A stretch of DNA of 64,000 nt from Clostridia bacterium (lineage in GTDB: Bacteria > Bacillota > Clostridia > Oscillospirales > CAG-272). Positions 40,619 to 48,672 of the stretch are shown in pieces. Under the pieces are notes generated by a model, which worked only from the letters and a program-made list of their open reading frames with translations, did no database searches and was not told the DNA's origin. Each line of letters begins with the position of its first letter. Positions within the stretch are counted from its first letter, which is position 1. The stretch is taken from positions 18,446 to 82,445 of the forward strand of contig JAFQMP010000015.1 in NCBI GenBank assembly GCA_017396225.1, in the 5' to 3' direction. The position numbers were made by a program, and so were the translations under genes.

Positions 40619-41043
40619 AAGAATTCAGACCCACCATCGTAGCGTTTTGCTGCAACTGGTGCTCCTACGCAGGCGCTGACCTTGCAGGCTCCAGCCGCCT
40701 TGGTTACCCAGCAGACGTCAAGATCATTCGCGTTCCTTGCTCCTGCCGTGTAAACCCGCTGTTTATTCTCCGCGCATTCCAGCGCGGTGCTGACGGTGTG
40801 ATTATGGCAGGCTGTCACCCCGGTGACTGTCACTACACCAGCGGCAACTACTTTGCCCGTCGCCGTATGACGCTCCTGTTCTCTATGCTTGATTACCTCG
40901 GCATCGAGCGCGAGCGTACCCGTGTGGAGTGGATTTCTGCCGCAGAGGGTGCAAAGTTTGCCAAGACCATGAACGAATTTGTTGCCACCGTTACTGCCCT
41001 TGGTGAGAACAAGAGATTGGAGGACCTGAGATGCAAGAAATGA
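40606..41043 (+). CDS. mvhD: MvhD/FlxD-like hydrogenase iron-sulfur subunit
   Basis: 145 aa. 'IVAFCCNWCSYAGADLAG', 'IIRVPCSCRVN', 'GVIMAGCHPGDCHY'. Overlaps the hdrA stop by 13 nt. Confidence 0.85.
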   Translation: MQDVKEFRPTIVAFCCNWCSYAGADLAGSSRLGYPADVKIIRVPCSCRVNPLFILRAFQRGADGVIMAGCHPGDCHYTSGNYFARRRMTLLFSMLDYLGIERERTRVEWISAAEGAKFAKTMNEFVATVTALGENKRLEDLRCKK

Positions 41044-42002
41044 TGGTAAAGCGTGCCGTAGAGCTTCTTGAAAACGGCACCGTTGACCGCGTTCTCGGCT
41101 GGACCACGGGCGAGTTTGCCTACGATATGACGCCTGCCGTATTCCGTTCCGCGGACGATTTGAAGAACGGCTTTGTTTACAACGATTTCTGCGCTGCAAA
41201 CCTCTCCAAGTACCTCATCAAGGAGTGCGTTGCAGGCGGCAAGATTCTGGTATTCCTCAAGCCCTGCGATACTTACAGCTTCAATCAGCTGATTGCTGAG
41301 CACCGTATCAAGCGCGAGATGATTTATGTCATCGGCATCGCTTGCGAGGGCAAGGCTGATATTGACAAGCTCAAGGACATGGGCATTGACGGCATCACCG
41401 GTATCACTGCAAAGGACGGCGTTTACACTGTTGCCACCATCTATGGTGATGCAACCGTAAAGGCAACCGATGCAATGGCAGAGAGATGCCTCTCCTGCAA
41501 GAGTAAGAAGCACATGGCTTATGACGAGCTGATTGGCGAGGACGGCGACGTTGTCGCTGATTGCGGTCGCTTTGATATGGTAGAAAAGCTGGAGGCTATG
41601 ACCCCCGATGAGCGTTACGAGTTCTGGCGCGGTGAGCTTTCCCGTTGCATTCGCTGCAACGCCTGCCGTAACGTCTGCCCCGCTTGCTCCTGCGAGAAGT
41701 GCATTTTCGACAACCCGGGTTCGGGCGTTTCTCAGAAGGCAGCCGTGAACTCCTTTGAGGAGAACATGTTCCACATTATCCGCGCCTTCCACGTAGCAGG
41801 TCGCTGCACCGACTGCGGTGAGTGTACCCGCGTTTGCCCGCAGAACATTCCGCTTCATCTGCTCAACCGTAAGTTTATCAAGGATATCAACGCGTTCTGG
41901 GGTGAGTACCAGGCGGGCGAGAATCCCGATGCAAAGCCTCCGCTTGGCAGATACGAGAAGGGCGACAGAGAGCCCGGTGAGTTTGGAGGTGTTCAGGCAT
42001 GA
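41031..42002 (+). CDS. Fe-S protein, FrhB/FlxC-like (2x[4Fe-4S] plus N-terminal flavin-type domain)
   Basis: 323 aa. 'CIRCNACRNVCPACSCEKC' and 'CTDCGECTRVCPQNIP'. The N-terminal half resembles the F420-hydrogenase beta-like fold. Overlaps mvhD by 13 nt. Confidence 0.65.
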   Translation: MQEMMVKRAVELLENGTVDRVLGWTTGEFAYDMTPAVFRSADDLKNGFVYNDFCAANLSKYLIKECVAGGKILVFLKPCDTYSFNQLIAEHRIKREMIYVIGIACEGKADIDKLKDMGIDGITGITAKDGVYTVATIYGDATVKATDAMAERCLSCKSKKHMAYDELIGEDGDVVADCGRFDMVEKLEAMTPDERYEFWRGELSRCIRCNACRNVCPACSCEKCIFDNPGSGVSQKAAVNSFEENMFHIIRAFHVAGRCTDCGECTRVCPQNIPLHLLNRKFIKDINAFWGEYQAGENPDAKPPLGRYEKGDREPGEFGGVQA

Positions 42003-43021
42003 AAAAGTTAAGCTTTGCAAAGCTGAATGAGTTCTTTGCTGCGATTGCGGCAAAGGAGGCGCTCTACCTTCCTGTTAATAATAATGTAGGAAAGGCTGAG
42101 TTTAAGCAGTGGAGCGAGGGCGTAGAGCTCTCCCATGCGCTCAATACCGTACGCTCCGCAAAGGATTTCTTCTTCCCCCAGACCGAGAACCTGATGAAGT
42201 TCAAAATGGAGGGCAAGAGCATCGAGGTTTCTGACGACCGCGCTGAGTGTGAGGATTTTGTCGTATTTGGCGTACGCGCTTGCGATGCCGCCAGCTTCAA
42301 GATTCTTGACAGCGTCTACCTCGTAGACCCCATTGATACCTACTACAAGAACCGCCGTGAGCACGGCACTATCATTACCCTTGCATGCGGCAAGCCTGCA
42401 GAGACCTGCTTCTGCGGTACCTTTGGTATCGATGCAGCCGACCCCGCAGGTGACGTCACCGCATGGGAGACCCCGGGCGCTTATATGCTCCGCGCAAACA
42501 CCGAGAAGGGCGAGGCTCTCCTTGCGCTTGTCGCTGACCTTCTTGAGGAGGGCTGCGAAAAGGCTGTTGCCGAGGCGCAGGCAAAGACCCGTGAGATTCT
42601 CTCCAAGCTGCCCCTTGCAGGTCTTTCGACCGAGGGCGTTGGCGTTGGCATGACCAAGGAGCTTTTCGACCGTCCCGAGTGGAAGACCCTCTCCGAGTCC
42701 TGCCTTGGCTGCGGCACCTGCACCTTCGTGTGCCCCACCTGCCAGTGCTACGACGTGCGCGACTTTGATACCGGTAACGGCATCAAGCGCTTCCGTTGCT
42801 GGGACTCCTGCATGTACTCCGACTTCACCCTGATGGCACACGGCAACTCCCGTAACTCTCAGGTAGAGCGCTTCCGTCAGCGCTTCATGCACAAGCTGGT
42901 GTACTACCCCGACAGAAACAACGGCACCTTTGGCTGTGTCGGCTGCGGCAGATGCCTTGCACGCTGCCCCATCTCGATGAACATCGTCAAGGTCATGAAA
43001 ACATTGGGAGGTAAGAACTGA
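41999..43021 (+). CDS. AsrA/HydB/FlxB-like Fe-S subunit
   Basis: 340 aa. 'CLGCGTCTFVCPTCQCYD' and 'CVGCGRCLARCP'. Length and N-terminus resemble anaerobic sulfite reductase subunit A. ATGA overlap with the upstream gene. Confidence 0.7.
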   Translation: MKKLSFAKLNEFFAAIAAKEALYLPVNNNVGKAEFKQWSEGVELSHALNTVRSAKDFFFPQTENLMKFKMEGKSIEVSDDRAECEDFVVFGVRACDAASFKILDSVYLVDPIDTYYKNRREHGTIITLACGKPAETCFCGTFGIDAADPAGDVTAWETPGAYMLRANTEKGEALLALVADLLEEGCEKAVAEAQAKTREILSKLPLAGLSTEGVGVGMTKELFDRPEWKTLSESCLGCGTCTFVCPTCQCYDVRDFDTGNGIKRFRCWDSCMYSDFTLMAHGNSRNSQVERFRQRFMHKLVYYPDRNNGTFGCVGCGRCLARCPISMNIVKVMKTLGGKN

Positions 43022-43848
43022 TGAATAACGAAACTTTGATTCCTTATGTTGGCATTGTGACCGAAATCACGCAGCAGACTCCCGACGTTAAGACCTTCCG
43101 TGTAGAGGCTCCCGGTGGCGGCAAGCTTTTTGAGCACAAGCCCGGCCAGTGTGCCATGCTCTCTGTTCCCGGCATCAGCGAGGCAATGATTTCCATTACC
43201 TCCTCGCCGACGAACACCGAGTATATGGAATTCAGCGTCAAGAAGTGCGGTTGCCTTACCGAGTGGCTCCACGCCATGGAGGTTGGTCAGATGATTACCG
43301 TCCGCGGCCCCTACGGTCGTAACTTCCCCGTGTATGATGAGCTGCTCGGCAAGGATTTGCTTTTTGTTGCAGGCGGTATCGGTCTTGCACCGCTGCGTTC
43401 TGTTATCAATTACGTGCGCGACAACCGCGATAAGTTTGGTACGGTTGATATCGTGTACGGCTCCCGTTCCAAGGAGGACCTCGTTTACTATGACGAGATT
43501 GTGACCGAATGGTGCAATACCCCCGGCTTCAATGTTCACCTTACCATCGACCGTGAGCAGGAGAACTGGGACGGTCACGTCGGCTTCGTTCCCAACTTTG
43601 TCAAGGAGCTGAATCCTGACCTCAAGAAGACCGTTTTGATGTGCGGACCTCCAATTATGATCAAGTTTACGCTTGGTGGCCTGATGGAGCTTGGCTTCAA
43701 GAAGGAGCAGGTCTACACCACCATGGAGCTTCGTATGAAATGCGGCATCGGCAAGTGCGGTCGTTGCAATATCGGCAACAAGTACGTCTGCAAGGACGGC
43801 CCCGTGTTCCGCTTTGACGAGCTTGACGAACTTCCCAACGAATACTAA
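43021..43848 (+). CDS. AsrB/HydG/FlxA-like FAD/NAD(P)H-binding [2Fe-2S] oxidoreductase subunit
   Basis: 275 aa. FNR-like fold ('PGQCAMLSVPG', 'LLFVAGGIGLAPLRS') and C-terminal 'CGIGKCGRCNIG'. Overlaps the upstream stop by 1 nt. Confidence 0.75.
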   Translation: MNNETLIPYVGIVTEITQQTPDVKTFRVEAPGGGKLFEHKPGQCAMLSVPGISEAMISITSSPTNTEYMEFSVKKCGCLTEWLHAMEVGQMITVRGPYGRNFPVYDELLGKDLLFVAGGIGLAPLRSVINYVRDNRDKFGTVDIVYGSRSKEDLVYYDEIVTEWCNTPGFNVHLTIDREQENWDGHVGFVPNFVKELNPDLKKTVLMCGPPIMIKFTLGGLMELGFKKEQVYTTMELRMKCGIGKCGRCNIGNKYVCKDGPVFRFDELDELPNEY

Positions 43849-43866
43849 TAAGGAGAAAGCACAACA

Positions 43867-44541
43867 ATGGAAAAAATGGTTAATATTTACCTTTACGGTA
43901 AAAAATATGAAGTGCCTGCCAGCCTCACCATTATGAATGCAATGGAGTATGCAGGCTACCAGCTGGTACGCGGTGTCGGTTGCCGTTGCGGCTTCTGCGG
44001 CGCCTGCGCTACCATCTACCGCATCAAGGGTCAGAATGAGCTGAAGACCTGCCTCGCTTGCCAGACCAAGGTTGAGGACAATATGTACATCGCAACGCTG
44101 CCCTTCTTCCCCCTTGTAAAGCAGCCCTACGATATTCAGAAGATTAAGCCCACCGAGCAGATTATGATGCAGCTTTACCCTGAGATTTATTCTTGTGTTG
44201 GCTGCAACGCCTGCACCAAGGCCTGCACGCAGGACCTCAAGGTGATGCAGTACATCGCTTACGCACAGCGCGGCGAGTACGAGAAGTGCGCTGAGGAGTC
44301 CTTTGACTGCGTTATGTGCGGCGTTTGCTCCTCTCGTTGCCCTGCAGGCATTACCCACCCGCAGGTTGGTCTGCTTGCACGCCGTCTGACCGGTAAGTAC
44401 CTCGCTCCCGAAACCGAGCATCTGCTTGCACGCGTTGCTGAGATTGAGGCGGGCGATTGCGAGGCTGCCCTTGACGAGATTATGGCAAAGACCGCTGAGG
44501 AGCTGAAGGCTCTTTACAACAACCGCGATTTCGAGCAATAA
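43867..44541 (+). CDS. FrdB/SdhB-like iron-sulfur subunit
   Basis: 224 aa. N-terminal [2Fe-2S]-type 'CRCGFCGACATIY..C', then 'CVGCNACTKAC' and 'CVMCGVCSSRCP'. Confidence 0.75.
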   Translation: MEKMVNIYLYGKKYEVPASLTIMNAMEYAGYQLVRGVGCRCGFCGACATIYRIKGQNELKTCLACQTKVEDNMYIATLPFFPLVKQPYDIQKIKPTEQIMMQLYPEIYSCVGCNACTKACTQDLKVMQYIAYAQRGEYEKCAEESFDCVMCGVCSSRCPAGITHPQVGLLARRLTGKYLAPETEHLLARVAEIEAGDCEAALDEIMAKTAEELKALYNNRDFEQ

Positions 44542-44554
44542 GGAGGTGCGAACA

Positions 44555-46204
44555 ATGTATACACAGGAAATGTTAGAATCCATCAAGCGCGTGGAAGCAA
44601 CTCGCGCCGCACGCCTTGCAGACGTTAAGGCAGGCATTCACCCCCGTCGTATGACGGCAGAGGAGAAGGTTCAGGTTAAAAAGGAGAACCACCCCGACTA
44701 CATCGCATCTCAGTTTGCTGAGCTGGTAATCGGCCCCAACAGAGGTGAGCGCGTGCCGCTTGAGCTTGCAGAGATGCTGCAGGCAAACCCCCGCGTAAAC
44801 CCCAAGGACATTGACCTTTCCAAGATTGATTATGACGTAGACGTTCTCGTCATCGGCGGCGGCGGCTCCGGCTCCGCAGCAGCTATTATGGCACACGAGA
44901 AGGGTGCTAATGTTATGATTGTGACCAAGCTCCGCCATGGTGATGCAAACACCATGATGGCAGAGGGCGGTATTCAGGCTGCTGACAAGCCCAACGACAG
45001 CCCTGCACAGCACTACCTTGACGTCATGGGCGGCGGCCACTTCAAGAACGTTCCCGACCTCGTCAGAAAGCTCGTTACCGATGCACCTATCTGCATCAAG
45101 TGGCTCAATGACCTCGGCGTTATGTTCGACAAAGAGGCTGACGGCACCATGGTTACCACCCACGGTGGCGGTACCTCCCGCAAGCGTATGCATGCCTGCA
45201 AGGATTACTCCGGCGCAGAAATCATGCGCGTCCTTCGTGACGAGGTGCAGAACCGCGGTATCCCGGTTGTTGACTTTACCTCCGCTATCGAGATTATCAA
45301 GGACGAGAAGGGCAGAGCAGCCGGTGCAGTTCTCATGAATATGGAAACCGGTGAGCTTCTCATCGCGCGTGCAAAGACCGTTATCATCGCGACAGGCGGT
45401 GCCGGTCGTATGCACTACCAGGGCTTCCCCACCTCCAACCACTACGGTGCAACCGCTGACGGTCTGGTTCTTGCTTACCGTGCAGGCGCACCCCTCCTTT
45501 ACGCTTACACCCTGCAGTATCACCCCACGGGTGCTGCATACCCCAGCCAGATTTTCGGCGCACTGGTTACCGAGAAGGTTCGCTCTATCGGCGCACAGCT
45601 TGTCAACAAGGACGGCGAGCCCTTCATGTACTCCCTTGAGACCCGTGACATCTGCGCTTCCGGCGTTATCCGTGAGTGCAAGCGGGGGGGCGGCGTTGAC
45701 ACCTTTAACGGCGGTCAGGGCGTATGGCTCGACTCTCCCATGATTGATATGATTCACGGCGAGGGCACCATTGAGAAGCGCATTCCCGCAATGCTTCGTA
45801 TGTACCTCAAGTACGGTATCGATATGCGTAAGCAGCCCATTCTGATTTATCCCACTCTCCACTACCAGAACGGTGGCATCAAGATTGGCGTAAACGGTAT
45901 GTCCGACGTTGAGAACCTGTTTGTTGCAGGTGAGGCAGTCGGCGGTATCCACGGTGAGAACCGTCTGATGGGTAACTCGCTGCTTGACATCATCGTATTC
46001 GGCCGCAACGCAGGCGTACACGCCGCAGCCGCCGCAAAGGAGGTCACCCTTGGCAAGAAGCTTACGCTCAGCCACGTGAAGGACTTCATGAAGGAGATGA
46101 AGGCAGCAGGCATCAAGACCGATGCTGTTTCTCCCAAGCTTCTTCCTCGCTACACCCACGGCAACCCCGTGTTTGATCAGCCCAACGCAAAGCTGATGAA
46201 GTAA
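44555..46204 (+). CDS. FrdA/SdhA/NadB-family flavoprotein (fumarate reductase-like catalytic subunit)
   Basis: 549 aa from ATG 44555 (RBS AAGGAGGTG; the track's GTG at 44546 sits inside the RBS). 'VLVIGGGGSGSAAA', 'QYHPTG', 'SLETRD', 'PTLHYQNGG', 'GEAVGGIHGENRLMGNSL'. Confidence 0.85.
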   Translation: MYTQEMLESIKRVEATRAARLADVKAGIHPRRMTAEEKVQVKKENHPDYIASQFAELVIGPNRGERVPLELAEMLQANPRVNPKDIDLSKIDYDVDVLVIGGGGSGSAAAIMAHEKGANVMIVTKLRHGDANTMMAEGGIQAADKPNDSPAQHYLDVMGGGHFKNVPDLVRKLVTDAPICIKWLNDLGVMFDKEADGTMVTTHGGGTSRKRMHACKDYSGAEIMRVLRDEVQNRGIPVVDFTSAIEIIKDEKGRAAGAVLMNMETGELLIARAKTVIIATGGAGRMHYQGFPTSNHYGATADGLVLAYRAGAPLLYAYTLQYHPTGAAYPSQIFGALVTEKVRSIGAQLVNKDGEPFMYSLETRDICASGVIRECKRGGGVDTFNGGQGVWLDSPMIDMIHGEGTIEKRIPAMLRMYLKYGIDMRKQPILIYPTLHYQNGGIKIGVNGMSDVENLFVAGEAVGGIHGENRLMGNSLLDIIVFGRNAGVHAAAAAKEVTLGKKLTLSHVKDFMKEMKAAGIKTDAVSPKLLPRYTHGNPVFDQPNAKLMK

Positions 46205-46212
46205 TTTTTGCA

Positions 46213-46243
46213 TACACGCCGCCGCCATTGGCGGCGGCGTGTA
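46213..46243 (+). terminator. GC-rich hairpin after the frdA-like gene (possible attenuating or processing hairpin; no U-tract)
   Basis: TACACGCCGCCGCC-ATTG-GCGGCGGCGTGTA perfect stem, not followed by a T-run. Confidence 0.35.
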
Positions 46244-46368
46244 CACCGCTTCCTTGCAGATCAAAAGACGTTTTCGGATAAAGACCACTTGCGGTGTTTA
46301 ATGCCGCCAAGCGCCTTTTCTTCTGTGTGGAAGCAAATCCTTTTTAATTATTTGGAGATATTCAAAAA

Positions 46369-47985
46369 ATGAAAAACGCAATTCGTATTATTTTGCTTGC
46401 GGTTGTTCTGGTGCTGCTTTGCTTCCCCTTTGTGGAGTTGGGTCGCCCTGCGAGCTCGGTGGCGGATATGGCCGCAAGGGCTACCGATAAGGAATATCAG
46501 GTTGTACCGATGGACAGCGAGTTTCCCATCGCCGTTAAAATTGACGACGAGGTCAAGGAGCTGACTGCCAAGGGTGCCGTCATAGCTACCAAGGGTAAGA
46601 ACTCTCTTACCGTCATTTATCTTGGCAGTAAGGCTGATGCCAAGGACGTTTACAATTACTACAAGGGTGAGCTTGACGACAACGTGGTGCTTGAGCGCAG
46701 CGGCAGTATCGTTTACTTTGGTACCGACGCGGCACGCGGCGAGCTGATTCGTCCCGCCTTCTTCAATACCTTCAAGGGTATTTTGAAGGTGAACGGTGTT
46801 TCCTTCTTGATTTACAGCGTGTTTGTTATTGCCGCGCTTGGTTATCTGCTTGGCCGTGTTACCTTTAAGGGCGTTAACCTTGGTACTGCGGGCGTATTCC
46901 TTGTGGCGCTTCTCTTTGGCTGCCTGTTCTATAAGGACCTTGCCTTCCAGCTGCCCGCCTACACCACCAACGCCTTGAAGGTTGTGGAAAACCTTGGCTT
47001 GATTCTTTTCGTAACCTCGGTTGGCTTTATTGCAGGCCCCAAGTTCTTCGGTAATCTGAAAAAGAACTTTAAGACCTATATTCTGCTTGGCTTGCTTATC
47101 ATTGTGTCGGGTGCCGCTGTTTGCGCACTTTGCGTACTGATTCAAAGCAACTTTACCGACCTGCCCAAGGGCGACCTTGCCGCTATTATGGCGGGCTTGT
47201 TCTCGGGTGCTCTCACCTCTACCCCTGCCTTCTCCGCTGCTAAGGCTGCCGCTACCGCACAGGGTATTGATGAGTCCCTCGTTGCCGTTGGTAACGGTAT
47301 CGCTTATATCTTTGGCGTTATTGGCGTTGTGCTTTTCGTACAGCTTGTTCCCAAGTTCCTCAAGGCCAATATGGCAGAGGAGCGCGCTAAGATTGCAGGC
47401 GGTGACGCCGATACGGGCGAGGAGCCTGTTGAGGCTGCAGAAACCAAGAAGATGATTGAGATTGACCCCTTCGGCATTGCCGCATTTGCACTTGCCGCTA
47501 TCATCGGTGTTATCGTTGGCTCTTTCAAGTTTGGCAACTTCTCCCTGACTACCACGGGCGGCTGCCTGCTTGTGGCGCTTGTCTTCGGCCACTTTGGCAA
47601 GATGGGCTCCATCAAGCTGATGCCCTCTGCGCAGACGCTTAAGGTTTTCCGTGAGTTTGGTCTGATGATCTTCCTCATCGGTGCAGGCGTTGCGGGTGGC
47701 GCTAAGTTCGTTCAGTACTTCGAGGCAATCTACTTCCTCTACGGCGCAATTATGACGCTGGTTCCCATGGTAATCGGCTTCTTCTTTGCAAAGTACGTGC
47801 TGAAGATGCACCTTCTCAACAGCCTTGGCTCGATTACGGGCGGCATGACCTCTACCCCCGCGCTCGGCACCCTGATTCAGGTTTCCGAGACCGAGGACGT
47901 AGGTGCCGCTTACGCTGCAACCTACCCCATTGCACTTATTTCCGTGGTGCTTTGCGCACAGTTTGTCATTATCCTCTTTGGTTGA
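46369..47985 (+). CDS. AAEx-family (AspT/YidE/YbjL/SucE-like) transporter with N-terminal extracytoplasmic domain
   Basis: 538 aa. Signal-anchor, a soluble domain of about 110 aa, then two homologous membrane halves, each starting with '..G..LG.(V/F)KFG..(L/S)LG/T.GG.L(V/L)ALLFG'-type hairpins ('VNLGTAGVFLVALLFG', 'FSLTTTGGCLLVALVFG'). Confidence 0.7.
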   Translation: MKNAIRIILLAVVLVLLCFPFVELGRPASSVADMAARATDKEYQVVPMDSEFPIAVKIDDEVKELTAKGAVIATKGKNSLTVIYLGSKADAKDVYNYYKGELDDNVVLERSGSIVYFGTDAARGELIRPAFFNTFKGILKVNGVSFLIYSVFVIAALGYLLGRVTFKGVNLGTAGVFLVALLFGCLFYKDLAFQLPAYTTNALKVVENLGLILFVTSVGFIAGPKFFGNLKKNFKTYILLGLLIIVSGAAVCALCVLIQSNFTDLPKGDLAAIMAGLFSGALTSTPAFSAAKAAATAQGIDESLVAVGNGIAYIFGVIGVVLFVQLVPKFLKANMAEERAKIAGGDADTGEEPVEAAETKKMIEIDPFGIAAFALAAIIGVIVGSFKFGNFSLTTTGGCLLVALVFGHFGKMGSIKLMPSAQTLKVFREFGLMIFLIGAGVAGGAKFVQYFEAIYFLYGAIMTLVPMVIGFFFAKYVLKMHLLNSLGSITGGMTSTPALGTLIQVSETEDVGAAYAATYPIALISVVLCAQFVIILFG

Positions 47986-48034
47986 TGTCTTTGGCGCAGA
48001 CCAAAAACACACACGAATTAAGTCATTGGACATT

Positions 48035-48076
48035 AAAACCTCCTTATTTATCTCTCGGGATATGTAAGGAGGTTTT
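48035..48076 (+). terminator. possible terminator of the transporter gene
   Basis: AAAACCTCCTTA...TAAGGAGGTTTT 12-bp stem with an 18-nt loop. The U-tract lies partly inside the stem. Confidence 0.4.
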
Positions 48077-48298
48077 CCATTGTTTGATATTGAGGGAGAA
48101 AACCTTACAGGCTTTCATTTTTATTGTGTGTTTTTTACCCGCGCTCTTGCCGTTCGGTGTATAGTATACACCTCTCACGGCAAGAACACGGCTTCTGCAC
48201 TCAAATCCATCTAACCAAAGCGGTTGATGCCTTTGGTGCAGAGCAAAAGCAGGGGATATGTACCCTGCAAAAAAATTAAACTTTTTTTCAAAAAGGTA

Positions 48299-48327
48299 TT
48301 GCTTTTTTGAAAAGACTATGCTATAAT
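48299..48327 (+). promoter_or_regulatory. sigma-70-type promoter for tRNA-Glu
   Basis: TTGCTT (48299-48304), 17-nt spacer, TATAAT (48322-48327), 17 nt before the tRNA 5' end. Confidence 0.65.
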
Positions 48328-48344
48328 ACTACCGTTGTCCAAAC

Positions 48345-48419
48345 GGCCCGTTAGTCAAGCGGCTAAGACGTCGCCCTCTCACGGCGAAGGCATGGGTTCG
48401 ATTCCCGTACGGGTCACCA
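48345..48419 (+). tRNA. tRNA-Glu (anticodon CUC), CCA end encoded
   Basis: GGCCCGTTAGTCAAGCGGCTAAGACGTCGCCCTCTCACGGCGAAGGCATGGGTTCGATTCCCGTACGGGTCACCA. Acceptor stem GGCCCGT/ACGGGTC, anticodon loop CU-CUC-AC. Coordinates were cross-checked against an overlapping track ORF. Confidence 0.93.
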
Positions 48420-48428
48420 AAAACAAAA

Positions 48429-48460
48429 GACCACCTCAAACGAGGTGGACTTTTGTTTTT
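48429..48460 (+). terminator. intrinsic terminator after tRNA-Glu
   Basis: Stem CCACCTC-AAAC-GAGGTGG followed by TTTTGTTTTT. Confidence 0.75.
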
Positions 48461-48635
48461 GACGGCCCATATGGGCCGTAATCGAACCCGGGGTGCCCAA
48501 GCAACCTGAACGCAAAAATTGATGCTGGCAATGGGGCACACATGGGTTCGCATACCCCGCCCGAAGATCGGGGAGCGCCTTGCAAAGCAAGGCATTCACC
48601 AGGCGCAGGGCGTGGGTATATTCGCCGCAGGCGAA

Positions 48636-48649
48636 ATTCCCGTACGGGT
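48636..48649 (+). repeat. partial copy of tRNA-Glu 3' end (att-like scar)
   Basis: ATTCCCGTACGGGT is identical to tRNA positions 48401-48414. A copy of CATGGGTTCG (tRNA 48391-48400) lies 85 nt upstream at 48541-48550. Confidence 0.7.
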
Positions 48650-48672
48650 TTTTGCACTATGAAGCAAGCCGA

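Noticed and set aside
41999-43848. The AsrA/AsrB-like genes as an anaerobic sulfite reductase.
   Set aside because: No AsrC-like siroheme catalytic subunit is present anywhere in the cluster. The two genes are embedded between hdr/mvhD and frd-like genes. They are better read as the NAD(P)H-input (Flx-type) module.
35618-48033. A series of very long minus-strand ORFs: 35618-37201, 38159-40582, 40893-42053, 42008-42892, 42904-44637, 44573-46288 and 46348-48033.
   Set aside because: Each one mirrors a well-supported plus-strand gene (fumC, hdrA, the Flx/Asr-like genes, the frd-like genes, the transporter). Their translations are repetitive and rich in G, L, V, A, H, N and C, with no domains. 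They are antisense shadows.
48463-48649. A second tRNA-Glu copy split by an 85-nt structured insertion in the T-loop (CATGGGTTCG at 48541-48550 and ATTCCCGTACGGGT at 48636-48649), which would suggest an intron-containing or permuted tRNA.
   Set aside because: Upstream of 48541 there is no acceptor 5' strand, D-arm or anticodon arm resembling a tRNA. It is most simply two juxtaposed att-type fragments left by recombination.
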